Assembly (NCBI GenBank): GCA_039810085.1 | Contig: JBDHWG010000009.1 | Span: 12,609 to 76,608, forward strand | Length of the DNA stretch: 64,000 bases | From: Anaerolineae bacterium | GTDB lineage: Bacteria; Chloroflexota; Anaerolineae; Epilineales; JAHCIE01 | Reading direction: 5' to 3' | Shown: positions 1-8,711 of the stretch, piece by piece | Position numbering within the stretch: the first letter of the stretch is position 1 | Layout of the letters: each line of letters starts with the position of its first letter | Translations under genes and position numbers: made by a program | Notes under the pieces: model-generated | What the model was told of the DNA's origin: nothing | Seen by the model: the letters and a program-made list of their open reading frames with translations, nothing else | Database searches by the model: none

Positions 1-16
1 TAGAGTTATGCACCCG

Positions 17-67
17 TGAATAACCAGTTATGCAAGAATGAATATCTAGATATTCACTGGTGAATAT
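17..67. promoter_or_regulatory. Operator-like palindrome TGAATATCTAGATATTCA (39-56) flanked by additional TGAATA(A/T) half-sites (17-23, 61-67), immediately upstream of the minus-strand HTH gene 73-426
   Basis: Perfect 18-bp inverted repeat plus direct half-site repeats read directly in sequence; position matches an autoregulatory operator for the adjacent HTH protein. Confidence 0.4.
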
Positions 68-72
68 CAGCC

Positions 73-426
73 TCAAAATCTCTGTGTCACTCGGTATTTG
101 AGGCGATAGACATTCGTTTTTCCCTGACCTCTTCGCTCAATTTCCAACAATCCCGCTTCCTGCAACTCACTAATGGCACGCGCAATCGTCGGCTGAGACG
201 AGCCGATGTCTTTCGCCATGACGTCTTGCCCTGGGAACACGAGATCATTGTGCCAGGCGTACGAGAGGAGCTTGCTGTACACGACCTTCGCGTTGGACGA
301 GATACTTGGATTGTTCAAGATGAAGTTGGGAATCTGGGTGAAACCACCAGCGCTGATCGGGTCAAACCCTTCAAGGATGATGTTCTGACGTTCTTGAAAT
401 CGATTGATCTGGGCAAGTTTCTCCAT
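73..426 (-). CDS. Winged-helix/HTH_36-like DNA-binding protein (replication-initiator-like N-terminal domain)
   Basis: 117 aa; motif FTQIPNFIL...AKVVYSKLLSYA...FPGQDVMAKDIGSSQPTIARAISELQEAGLLEIERRG typical of PF13730-type HTH found in plasmid/phage Rep-like proteins. Confidence 0.55.
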   Translation of the reverse strand: MEKLAQINRFQERQNIILEGFDPISAGGFTQIPNFILNNPSISSNAKVVYSKLLSYAWHNDLVFPGQDVMAKDIGSSQPTIARAISELQEAGLLEIERRGQGKTNVYRLKYRVTQRF

Positions 427-461
427 GTTGTTGGGTTGCTGGTTTGCTGGCTAACTGGTTT

Positions 462-848
462 TTAGACACGTCTCCCGAGATACTCATCTACTGCTTCCTG
501 CAACACTTCATAATCGTTTCTATCTGTTTCAAGCGCAAGCCGCTTGATTGCCTTGATGCTCTCCGATGAGAGGTAGCTGGTAAACTTCTTTCCTGGTGAA
601 CTGACTTGCGGGCTTCCCTGCTTGATGGGTTGCCGACTTACCGGCTTCCCTCTTTGCTGGATAACTGGTTTGCTGGCAACCTGTCTTACTGGTTTAGAAG
701 GAATCTGGTTAACGGGTTTTATGGTTTGCGGACTAGTCGGCAAAACAGCGATCTGACTTTCTTCTTTACTGGTTTGCTGGTTTACAGGTTTGCTGGTAAA
801 CAGCTGCTGATCTAGGGCTGCTAGTCTTGAAAATGGGTCGTTGCTCAT
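462..848 (-). CDS. Hypothetical protein with KPV(N/R/I/S)Q tandem repeats and C-terminal ribbon-helix-helix-like segment
   Basis: 128 aa; repeats KPVNQ/KPVRQ/KPVIQ/KPVSRQ; C-term SESIKAIKRLALETDRNDYEVLQEAVDEYL resembles RHH/CopG-like DNA-binding fold; 12-bp gap to upstream ATPase gene. Confidence 0.4.
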   Translation of the reverse strand: MSNDPFSRLAALDQQLFTSKPVNQQTSKEESQIAVLPTSPQTIKPVNQIPSKPVRQVASKPVIQQRGKPVSRQPIKQGSPQVSSPGKKFTSYLSSESIKAIKRLALETDRNDYEVLQEAVDEYLGRRV

Positions 849-860
849 GGGCCTCCTTTC

Positions 861-1742
861 TTATTTTTTCTTTTTCGGCTTGCCAATATTATGTAATCGT
901 TCCTCGGCTGCGGTTTCAACCGTGGCGCGGTCAATGACTTTCTTGTCGTTGAGAAACGCTAAGAGTAAGGAATTGTCAGCCAAGATATTTGCTTCACGGG
1001 GAACACCTTCTGAGTGTCTAAAAAGAGCATCGAGCGCGGCCGGCTCGAATGGATGTGCTTGATTGCCACTGGCCACCCGCCAACGAAAATCTATCATCTG
1101 AGCGAGTTCCTCGGTGCCAATTGGATCAAGCGTCGAGGCCATGGCAATGCGCGATCGGAAGTTACGCGCCATTGGATGGGTGATCTTATTGCGCAGCTCC
1201 TCTTGTGCGAAGAGGACGAGCTGCAACAACTTCATCTCATTCGTTTCATAGTTGATTAGTTGACGCAGAAGCTCAAGTAAGGGGAGTCTGAGGGTCTGTG
1301 CCTCATCAATGATGAGTACAACCGTCTTGCCTTCCTCCACAGCCTTGTCGTAGAGAAACATCTTGAAGATGTCGAGATTGTCCTTGTACGACCTGGCAGT
1401 CTTATAGAGCTGAAACTCGGCGATGATCGAGCGGAGCAGATTGTTGGTGGTGGGATAGTTGGGGTTCGTCAATAAGACGGACTGGTAGCCTTTGTCTAGG
1501 AATTTCTGATGGAGTAGGCGAGCCAAGGATGATTTTCCAACGCCAGTGTCGCCAAAGACTATGGTGAGGCCCTTTTTCGAATCGACCGTGAATTCAGTTT
1601 TTCCAAGTGCAGTGGAGTGGATCGGGGTGAGGAAGAAGTAGCGCGGGTTGGGAACCGTGCTAAATGGCTCTTCTTTCAGACTGAAGTAACTTAGGTAGGG
1701 GACTGGCATAAGTTGCGCGAACTCACATACCAGCTTACGCAA
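861..1742 (-). CDS. AAA_22 family ATPase (ExeA/TniB-like, ORC/Cdc6 clade)
   Basis: 293 aa; Walker A GDTGVGKSS, Walker B VVLIIDEAQ, N-terminal FSLKEEPFSTVPNPRYFF motif typical of ExeA-like ATPases. Confidence 0.75.
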   Translation of the reverse strand: MRKLVCEFAQLMPVPYLSYFSLKEEPFSTVPNPRYFFLTPIHSTALGKTEFTVDSKKGLTIVFGDTGVGKSSLARLLHQKFLDKGYQSVLLTNPNYPTTNNLLRSIIAEFQLYKTARSYKDNLDIFKMFLYDKAVEEGKTVVLIIDEAQTLRLPLLELLRQLINYETNEMKLLQLVLFAQEELRNKITHPMARNFRSRIAMASTLDPIGTEELAQMIDFRWRVASGNQAHPFEPAALDALFRHSEGVPREANILADNSLLLAFLNDKKVIDRATVETAAEERLHNIGKPKKKK

Positions 1743-1784
1743 CTTGGGCCATTCATGTCAAGAAGGGAAATGAGAAACAAGACT

Positions 1785-2033
1785 TCAAAGCAAATCTTCC
1801 AGTTGCTCAGAAGAAAGACCGGCGTCTTTGATGATGCGCATTTGAAGACCTCGGCCAAGAGTGCGGTTGTGAATAGGGATAACCAGGGATTGAGGATGTC
1901 CAGGTTTCGACATTGAGAGATGGCTTCCGGTTTGCCTGCGTTTTATGAAACCGGCACGCTCAAGTGCTCGGATAAGTTCGGTGGGACGAAGAGCTTTCAG
2001 CCGGTCGGTCACGTCGGTCCTTGACGCGATCAA
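1785..2033 (-). CDS. hicA: HicA family toxin (mRNA interferase)
   Basis: 82 aa; LRPTELIRALERAGF...RQTGSHLSMSKPGHPQSLVIPIH..L..G.L..I.KDAGL matches HicA/YcfA fold; TTG start at 2033 (GTG alternative at 2012). Confidence 0.75.
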   Translation of the reverse strand: MIASRTDVTDRLKALRPTELIRALERAGFIKRRQTGSHLSMSKPGHPQSLVIPIHNRTLGRGLQMRIIKDAGLSSEQLEDLL

Positions 2034-2277
2034 GCCAGGCTTCCAAGTGCTCGGGGATTGTCCGTCCGTCTTCTTTATCCACCTCTAGCACCAATTGGAG
2101 TGCGTCCTCGATCATCGTCAAAGCCTCATCAATGGTTCGCCCCTCAGAGTACGCAGGCGGATAGTCAGCCACTTCGATGAGGTAGCCGCCTTCTTTCTCA
2201 GGGGTCAATCGGTAGGTCATACCGTCTTTGGTAATTTGGATAATTTCTGCTGGTTGTTTTTGGACCATATGCGTCAC
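1960..2277 (-). CDS. hicB: HicB family antitoxin
   Basis: 105 aa; YRLTPEKEGGYLIEVADYPPAYSEGRTIDEALTMIEDALQLVLE typical of HicB RNase H-like domain; overlaps hicA by 53-74 nt. Confidence 0.7.
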   Translation of the reverse strand: MTHMVQKQPAEIIQITKDGMTYRLTPEKEGGYLIEVADYPPAYSEGRTIDEALTMIEDALQLVLEVDKEDGRTIPEHLEAWLDRVKDRRDRPAESSSSHRTYPST

Positions 2278-2336
2278 TGCCTTTCAGCCACTATTATAAC
2301 ACGCGGCAGCTACCGCTGGCTTTCTTCCGATCCGGA

Positions 2337-2365
2337 TTGACAACGAAAAATAGGGTACATATACT
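2337..2365 (+). promoter_or_regulatory. Near-consensus sigma70-type promoter (TTGACA-N17-TATACT) upstream of DUF2321 gene
   Basis: TTGACA at 2337-2342, 17-nt spacer, TATACT at 2360-2365; about 80 nt upstream of ATG 2446. Confidence 0.4.
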
Positions 2366-2445
2366 TCTATAGCGACGAGGGATTTGTTGTACTAGCAAGC
2401 ATATTAAAGGCAAAATAACAGAAAGAGCGATGTCCGAGAGGCAGC

Positions 2446-2940
2446 ATGAGTAGAGGGTATTACGATACTGCACAGATTTGTCTCAACGGCCACCTCATCA
2501 ACGAGCGGGTCAATACGTTCCCCCCACATAACCAGGAGTATTGTTCTCTTTGCGGAGCCAAGACAATTACGAAGTGTCTGCATTGTCAGGCTGACATTCG
2601 AGGGGCGTATGACGTACCCGGAGTTGCGGTTTTTGGACTGCGGATTGCCGTTCCCAGATTTTGCCATGCCTGTGGTCATGCATACCCGTGGACAGAAGCC
2701 AGATTGCAAGCAGCAGAAGACTTGGCCGACGAGCTTGATAAACTCAACGATGAAGAGAAAACTTATCTGAAGGACAGCGTCAACGATATTGTGAGAGATA
2801 CTCCGCAAACACCGGTAGCAGCAACGCGATTTAAGCGCTTGGTTGCGAAAGCTGGCTCAGAAGCAGCATCGATGTTTCGTGATCTTCTTGTTGACATAGC
2901 AAGCGAAACCGCCAAGAAAATAATCTGGCCCGGGCCGTGA
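2446..2940 (+). CDS. DUF2321 family zinc-ribbon protein
   Basis: 164 aa; N-terminal MSRGYYDTAQICLNGH...CSLCGAK...CLHCQADIRGAYDV...FCHACGHAYPW matches the DUF2321 Cys-rich signature. Confidence 0.7.
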   Translation: MSRGYYDTAQICLNGHLINERVNTFPPHNQEYCSLCGAKTITKCLHCQADIRGAYDVPGVAVFGLRIAVPRFCHACGHAYPWTEARLQAAEDLADELDKLNDEEKTYLKDSVNDIVRDTPQTPVAATRFKRLVAKAGSEAASMFRDLLVDIASETAKKIIWPGP

Positions 2941-3062
2941 TTATGACAGCGAGTTCACTTCGATGTCCTCGAAAAGAACTCCGATTGACCCCTAGCTGAG
3001 TTCCGTTATAATCTGCCGACGTAACCGGCAAAGAACCCACTTCGATAGACCCGAGGACAAGC

Positions 3063-4343
3063 ATGGCCGAACCAACGAAATATGTCATGATGGACGATGC
3101 CGCTGAAATCCTAGGCTTGTCACCCGTCCGGATCCGAAAGCTGATTAAAGAGGGTGCCATTCGGACAGCCGGATCCAGCCGTGCACCCTTACTCGCCTGG
3201 GATGATGTTTGTCGGATAGCAGGAGCTCAACGTCCTCCTTGGGCACTTCTCACAAATGAGCTTGTTCATGGCTCTGTCTCGCCAGAAGGCTTGTTTCTCG
3301 CGAAACTAGAATCCGCGGATACCAACACTTCATTCGAGACCAACCAGGTCGCCAAAGGTCACTGCATTGACTGGATGAAAAAGATGCCGGCCGGTTCAGT
3401 TCAAACCGTTGTGACCTCTCCTCCATACTGGGGTGTACGCCGCTATAAAGGGGAGCAGGAGGTGCTCTGGTCTGATGGTACACGATGCGCATTTGGAGCA
3501 GAGGATACCCCTGAAGCGTATGTCCGGCATACAATGGATATCCTTAGGCACCTCAAGCGTGTGCTTCGCGATGATGGCGTCATCTGGTGGAATATTGGTG
3601 ACTCGTACCAAACGCGAACACACATTCGAGAGGGGAGTGTCGAACGGCTCCATGCCCTTGATGGACGTCGACAAGATGGGTGGAAGGACTATCCCCACAA
3701 GCGCTATTCAGCAGGGCACGATTACCTCAAGGACAAGGATCTCACCCTCGTGCCCTTCGCGGTCGCGATGGGTGCGCAACATTTAGGCTTCTGGGTGCGC
3801 TCAGTCATCATCTGGAGCAAAGAAAACACACTCCCTGAGCCGGTAAAAGATCGGCCGACCACCTCGCACGAGTATATTTTCATGCTAGTTAAGTCCCGCT
3901 TCTATTACTACGCGCATGACGTTGCTAAGGACCAAACCCGGTCAACGAAATGGGCACCCGAAGATATAGACGGCCAGCTAAAGAATTGGCGCACCGTTTG
4001 GACATTTGCGACTGCTGGGAGTGAAGACCGCAATCATACAGCAGCATTTCCTGAAGAGTTACCCAAGCGATGCATAGTAGTCAGTTCGAGACCGAACGAT
4101 CTCGTCTTTGATCCCTTTGCCGGTTCAGGAACAACGCTCGTAGTGGCAAAACGTCTTGGTCGTCAATACTTCGGCTGTGATCTGAGCGACGAATATGTTG
4201 ACGAGGCGTCTGCTCGACTGGAGCGAGAACGAGGAAGCCTTCAAGCCACACTTGAAGATGCGCTCCCACCAACAGAACTTGAGCGTGTTATAGACCAAGA
4301 GTCTGAAGCTCAGCCAAACAGAGAGCAGCTGCCACTCTTGTAA
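3063..4343 (+). CDS. DNA methyltransferase (beta-class N4-cytosine/N6-adenine) with N-terminal HTH_17/excisionase-like domain
   Basis: 426 aa; N-term DAAEILGLSPVRIRKLIKEGAIRT HTH; motif IV TSPPYWG precedes motif I FDPFAGSGTTLVVA (beta permutation). Confidence 0.85.
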   Translation: MAEPTKYVMMDDAAEILGLSPVRIRKLIKEGAIRTAGSSRAPLLAWDDVCRIAGAQRPPWALLTNELVHGSVSPEGLFLAKLESADTNTSFETNQVAKGHCIDWMKKMPAGSVQTVVTSPPYWGVRRYKGEQEVLWSDGTRCAFGAEDTPEAYVRHTMDILRHLKRVLRDDGVIWWNIGDSYQTRTHIREGSVERLHALDGRRQDGWKDYPHKRYSAGHDYLKDKDLTLVPFAVAMGAQHLGFWVRSVIIWSKENTLPEPVKDRPTTSHEYIFMLVKSRFYYYAHDVAKDQTRSTKWAPEDIDGQLKNWRTVWTFATAGSEDRNHTAAFPEELPKRCIVVSSRPNDLVFDPFAGSGTTLVVAKRLGRQYFGCDLSDEYVDEASARLERERGSLQATLEDALPPTELERVIDQESEAQPNREQLPLL

Positions 4344-4358
4344 GCTGTTGAGGAGAAT

Positions 4359-5678
4359 CTATAAAACTGTTCTAAGCCAGGAGCCCAGTCGAGTAACTTC
4401 TGCCGGTATCTGTGACAGGTCGAAGCCATACCCATATACCATACGGTCATCCGCTGTACGGGCTTCCTGGAGGGTCGCAGTCCCATCCGTGAGGAAGATG
4501 AAGCCTCCAATGGGCGCGTTGTATGCGCTCATGTAAGCCGCAAGCTGGTAATGATCACTGCTATCCGGTTCAAACTTATACTTCACATCAAGAAGTGCCG
4601 CTGTCGTCTGAAGGGTTGTGGACGGACGAATAACGATGTCTGGCTGAAGATTGGCGTTGAATCTGCTTGGCACGGCTCGCTGGTACATAAATGGGCGCCC
4701 GCCCAACCGCACATCATCGCGCCATGAGCGAACGGCGTACATTGGCTCAAGCGCACGCGCAACAATGTTGCGAACGGCTCGCTCAAACAACCGCTCCATC
4801 GGAAGACGCAACGGCGGATACTCAATCTCCGGATGACTCGCTTGGGTTAATGCAAATCGTTCCAGTAGAAGGCGACAGAAGCGCAACACCGGTTCATAGT
4901 ATTCACGGTTCGGCGGAATCCCTCCCCGCTCCTCCAGCAATCGACAGACCGACACCGCCTCGGCTGCGGATGCATACTCGGTGATCGGTGGTAGCGTAAG
5001 CATCTGAGAATACAGTCGTTCGCGGGTTGATGCGGTTAGGGTATCTGCAGAGGCGGCAAGAATAGAGAGCGTTGTTGCAATCACCTTGTTCAGGGAAATG
5101 TCGAGGGTATACCGAACAATACGTTGATCTATCAGGAGTTGACCTCGTTCAATGCTGGTCGTCAGACTCTCGAAAAAATCAATTTCCCCCTCGGGGAACG
5201 CAGAGAGAATCCGTCGGTCCTGATCACCACCCGCCCAACCAAGACGCACAACCTCCTCCAACGTACTCAGCAATTGATCCACCAAGACATCAAGAATGGT
5301 GACGTCGGCTTCAAGGCCATAGTACACCTGCTGATCGGGTATGGTCACGGTTGGTTCATCGGCGAGAAGAAGCAGGCGAACCAATGAGACCGGCCCGCAC
5401 TTGGCATCAACCTGGAGAATAACCCCGTCTCCCAGCAACTCGGTGGTTACGGTGGGTGGACTCTTGGCCGCAATCGTGTGATAGCCGGCAACGGTGGAGA
5501 GGGAAATATCAACAACGTCGAGGGCAAGTGGGTTGATAACTAAGGGCAATTGATCTGTGGGAACTAGATACCGACCAGTCTCGCTAATACGAATCCAGCG
5601 GACGAGCTTACCGCTTCTCGTCACGGCGTTTTCAATGGCAGCAAATTGAGTGTCGGGGGCCATACCAGTATTCGGCAA
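4359..5678 (-). CDS. mcrC: McrC-like 5-methylcytosine-specific restriction system nuclease subunit
   Basis: 439 aa; C-terminal PD-(D/E)xK signature PDIVIRP...LLDVKYKF; 1-bp gap to mcrB stop. Confidence 0.75.
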   Translation of the reverse strand: MPNTGMAPDTQFAAIENAVTRSGKLVRWIRISETGRYLVPTDQLPLVINPLALDVVDISLSTVAGYHTIAAKSPPTVTTELLGDGVILQVDAKCGPVSLVRLLLLADEPTVTIPDQQVYYGLEADVTILDVLVDQLLSTLEEVVRLGWAGGDQDRRILSAFPEGEIDFFESLTTSIERGQLLIDQRIVRYTLDISLNKVIATTLSILAASADTLTASTRERLYSQMLTLPPITEYASAAEAVSVCRLLEERGGIPPNREYYEPVLRFCRLLLERFALTQASHPEIEYPPLRLPMERLFERAVRNIVARALEPMYAVRSWRDDVRLGGRPFMYQRAVPSRFNANLQPDIVIRPSTTLQTTAALLDVKYKFEPDSSDHYQLAAYMSAYNAPIGGFIFLTDGTATLQEARTADDRMVYGYGFDLSQIPAEVTRLGSWLRTVL

Positions 5679-5679
5679 T

Positions 5680-7380
5680 CTATGATCGGAATGTAGCCAT
5701 CAACGGATCAACCTGATCGGTCACAACCGATTCCTGGCGTTGCGTCAAAAACAACTGAAGAGATGGTCGCAAAACGGTCATATACCAGTCCATCAGGTCT
5801 GGTTTATCCTTGATGTCGACGAAATGGGCGTGTCCGATTGGATACTTGGTCAACTCGGTGATCTGCCGCATGACGGCAACGATCTCCATTGCATCGTCCT
5901 CTGTGAATGTACTGTGATCCACAAGAAAATCAAACATCTGCTTGTAGCTAACGGCAAAATCGACAGTGCGAAATCGGGAGAGCAATGCGTAGTCGAGTGG
6001 GTACGTCAAGCGGTCGAGTGTGTTCATGGTTGCAATGAGCAGCAGTTGTTTGGGGATGACAATGTTGCCCCCGCCGTGTGGTAGCGGCAAAGACGTGCCC
6101 CGATAGCCCATCTCGATCAGATGAAACCCCTCTCCAAAGACGGCTGCAACATTGGCCCGATTCAGTTCTTCAATGATCACCACTGATGGTCGATCAGCAT
6201 TACGCTGACAATGCCGAAGAAACAGTCCGGGTTCAGCGGCGAAGTCGAGCGCACCTTGGGTCAGTTTCGGTGTGAGACGTTGGATAAAATCGCCATACCG
6301 CCATTCTTGATGAAACTGGACATGGAGAACGCGCTCCGCCCAGAGAGCGGGATCTGCTGCCTCGGTCGCCTGAAGGTAATCCTCCGCAATATGGACTGCG
6401 CTATACGACTTGCCCGTTCTGGGAGCGCCCGTCAACAGAACGTTCAGTTGACCCTTCTGGATTATTCGTCGCGTAAGTTCAATTGGATCAGTTGCATGCT
6501 CCTGGCTAATCCCCAGAAGCTGCGCGTTAAATTGCATTTGCGCCATGCTACTTGCCTCTCGTAGTCGGATCTCAAAAGGATCGACCTGGCCAAACAAGAT
6601 AAGGTGGTTGTATTCCTCTTCGTCACGATCTTGTTCGAAATCGTCTGTCTGAAGGTTAGGGGCTGATGATCGTTGCGTAAAAAGAAAATACAGTTCCTCG
6701 TCCGAAAGCGAGAGTCGTGACCGCACCAAATGCGCAAGCTGGTCAAAGTTCGGCTGGACCTCGAAAACTTCATTACGGCAACACCAAATGACAAATGGAA
6801 TCCAGGGGATACTACAAAGCCTATGCTCATCAGGCCCAAAGAAAATCGGTGCTGCATCAAGGTATTTAGGTCGCAGTCGAAGGCGCGCACCTTGACCTTG
6901 TTCAGCCTCGATAAGCTCGAAGAGAAACTCACGCGGTCTCAAACCGTATCGTTGCTCCTGCTTATCGAACCAATCGTTCTTGAGTCTGGTCCAGATAACG
7001 CTTCGGTTACTGTCCTCTTTGCGCAGGAGATACCGCCGGTTATCACTGATTGGGAAAAATAGGGGGTAGCCAACAGTTCTTGAAACGCCTTGAGGTGCAG
7101 AGGGGAGGGGCGGTTGATTATTCTGAAGGGTGCCATTTTCAACGCTTAATTGCACGAGTGAACTAAATGAGTCGCTGATCCACGCTAGATATCGAAGTGC
7201 GTCCGTCGGCTTGTTCGCTGACGTGATTTTTACCTCGCTGGCAATATTCCCCTCGATTCTAGCACCGTCATACTTCAATGCTAGAAAGACGATGATATCA
7301 CTATGTGCTGTTCCGAAGAGCGAGCGAGCTGCTCGGGCAATGAGTTTTGGTTTCAAGCGAAACACGGGACCGGACCTCAT
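5680..7380 (-). CDS. mcrB: McrB-like AAA+ GTPase subunit of type IV restriction system, with unassigned approximately 300-aa N-terminal DNA-reading domain
   Basis: 566 aa; LLTGAPRTGKS Walker A, VVIIEELNRANVAAVFGEGFHLIE and LLLIATMNTLDRL motifs characteristic of McrB. Confidence 0.85.
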   Translation of the reverse strand: MRSGPVFRLKPKLIARAARSLFGTAHSDIIVFLALKYDGARIEGNIASEVKITSANKPTDALRYLAWISDSFSSLVQLSVENGTLQNNQPPLPSAPQGVSRTVGYPLFFPISDNRRYLLRKEDSNRSVIWTRLKNDWFDKQEQRYGLRPREFLFELIEAEQGQGARLRLRPKYLDAAPIFFGPDEHRLCSIPWIPFVIWCCRNEVFEVQPNFDQLAHLVRSRLSLSDEELYFLFTQRSSAPNLQTDDFEQDRDEEEYNHLILFGQVDPFEIRLREASSMAQMQFNAQLLGISQEHATDPIELTRRIIQKGQLNVLLTGAPRTGKSYSAVHIAEDYLQATEAADPALWAERVLHVQFHQEWRYGDFIQRLTPKLTQGALDFAAEPGLFLRHCQRNADRPSVVIIEELNRANVAAVFGEGFHLIEMGYRGTSLPLPHGGGNIVIPKQLLLIATMNTLDRLTYPLDYALLSRFRTVDFAVSYKQMFDFLVDHSTFTEDDAMEIVAVMRQITELTKYPIGHAHFVDIKDKPDLMDWYMTVLRPSLQLFLTQRQESVVTDQVDPLMATFRS

Positions 7381-7664
7381 TCTGGGGGAGTGTCGGTGTC
7401 GAGAAAATAATCAATTGGCTTGCCGTACAGGGAAGCAAACGCCTCCAATTCGAGGGCATCCACGCGACGCTCGCCATTCTCGGATTTAGAGATAAACGAC
7501 TGGGGTTTGCCAAGCCGCTCAGCGACCTGTTCTTGCGTCAAGCTGGCGTCAAGTCGCGCTTGGCGAAGGCGCTTGAGAAACTGGCGATAGCGGCTGTCGT
7601 AATCCTGAAGGCTCACACCCTGCCTCAAATAGAGTGACATGAGAGTTGGCAAGTTGGCAGGCAT
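7377..7664 (-). CDS. XRE-family HTH transcriptional regulator, translationally coupled to mcrB (ATGA overlap)
   Basis: 95 aa; LTQEQVAERLGKPQSFISKSENGERRVDALELEAFASLYG is a canonical HTH_3 domain. Confidence 0.75.
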   Translation of the reverse strand: MPANLPTLMSLYLRQGVSLQDYDSRYRQFLKRLRQARLDASLTQEQVAERLGKPQSFISKSENGERRVDALELEAFASLYGKPIDYFLDTDTPPE

Positions 7665-7787
7665 TATGGCTCAGGGCAGAATTTATCCCAAGTTGGGATA
7701 TTGCTGATACAGGCAGTAGGATGACGGGCCTACCGACAGCAGCTGGGGGCAATGCACATTCATACTTGACAACGAGAGATAGAAATG

Positions 7788-7812
7788 GTACAACTCTACC
7801 ATGCAAGTTGTA
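7788..7812. promoter_or_regulatory. Inverted repeat GTACAACT-N9-AGTTGTAC upstream of vapB (putative operator)
   Basis: 8-bp perfect arms read in sequence about 22 nt upstream of the vapB RBS AGAGG. Confidence 0.3.
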
Positions 7813-7833
7813 CATGTTATTAGAGGTACAGAC

Positions 7834-8094
7834 ATGAAGGAATACATTAGCAGCGTCAGCCCGAAGGGGCAGATCACTATCCCCGCAGAGATTAGGGAAT
7901 TGCTAGGGATCAAGCCAAAGGATAAAGTGATCTTTGAAATGGGTGAGGAGGGAGTCAAAATCCGTCCTCTCGCTGCTCGGCTTGAAGCGAGCTATCAAGC
8001 GATACCCGCACTTACACCCGCGAGAACGCTCGAAGAGATGATGGAGATTGCTCATGAGGATCACGCACAGGAGGCTGCCCAAGAGGGCTTATAA
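7834..8094 (+). CDS. vapB: AbrB/MazE/SpoVT-type antitoxin (VapB-like)
   Basis: 86 aa from ATG 7834 (RBS AGAGG 8 nt upstream); GQITIPAEIRELLGIKPKDKVIFE swapped-hairpin motif. Confidence 0.75.
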   Translation: MKEYISSVSPKGQITIPAEIRELLGIKPKDKVIFEMGEEGVKIRPLAARLEASYQAIPALTPARTLEEMMEIAHEDHAQEAAQEGL

Positions 8095-8100
8095 CACATT

Positions 8101-8517
8101 ATGGCGGACCACTTTCTGGACACTAACCTCATTATCCGCTACTTGACCAAGGACAATACCGACCAGGCAGCTCGTGCCTATTATGTTTTCCAGAGGCTGG
8201 AGACCGGCCAATTAACAGTCGCAATGTGCGAAGGCGTGCTCATTGAAGCAGTGCAGGTACTTTCTTCCAAACGGCTCTATAATGTTTCGCGTCAAGACAT
8301 TCGCATGCATCTCTCGACCATCATCCAGCTCCAAGGAGTCAAAATCCCCAACAAGCGCACATACCTTCGCGCACTGGATCTGTACGCTTCAACAACTCTC
8401 GATTTTGTTGATGTGCTGATTGTCGCCCATATGGAGCGCACGAAGGTACGCAGCGTCCTTAGTTTCGACCAGGGCTTTGACAGTATCACGGGAATCAGCA
8501 GACAGGAACCCGAGTAG
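8101..8517 (+). CDS. vapC: PIN-domain toxin VapC
   Basis: 138 aa; FLDTNLIIRYL...VDVLIVAHME...SFD PIN acidic residues; 6-bp gap after vapB. Confidence 0.8.
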   Translation: MADHFLDTNLIIRYLTKDNTDQAARAYYVFQRLETGQLTVAMCEGVLIEAVQVLSSKRLYNVSRQDIRMHLSTIIQLQGVKIPNKRTYLRALDLYASTTLDFVDVLIVAHMERTKVRSVLSFDQGFDSITGISRQEPE

Positions 8518-8711
8518 TTGCGGTAAAGACGCGAAGGGATCGATTTTTTGGGACTCTGCTTCATCGTATGAAAGAGCAATGCCAATGTTGCTTGTTACAT
8601 AGTGTCAACATAGGCTGCGGTCACTCTCCCCATCGTTCAGCTGCGAGATAGTAGTGATCTCCACTTTGACCGAGGCTAATCAGTCCGGTATGAAAGGATG
8701 TTCTACAAAGA

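Noticed and set aside
6462-6932. 156-aa ORF antisense within mcrB and similar ORFs (6211-6564, 6730-7062) on the plus strand
   Set aside because: Entirely nested in the strongly supported mcrB reading frame, with no motifs.
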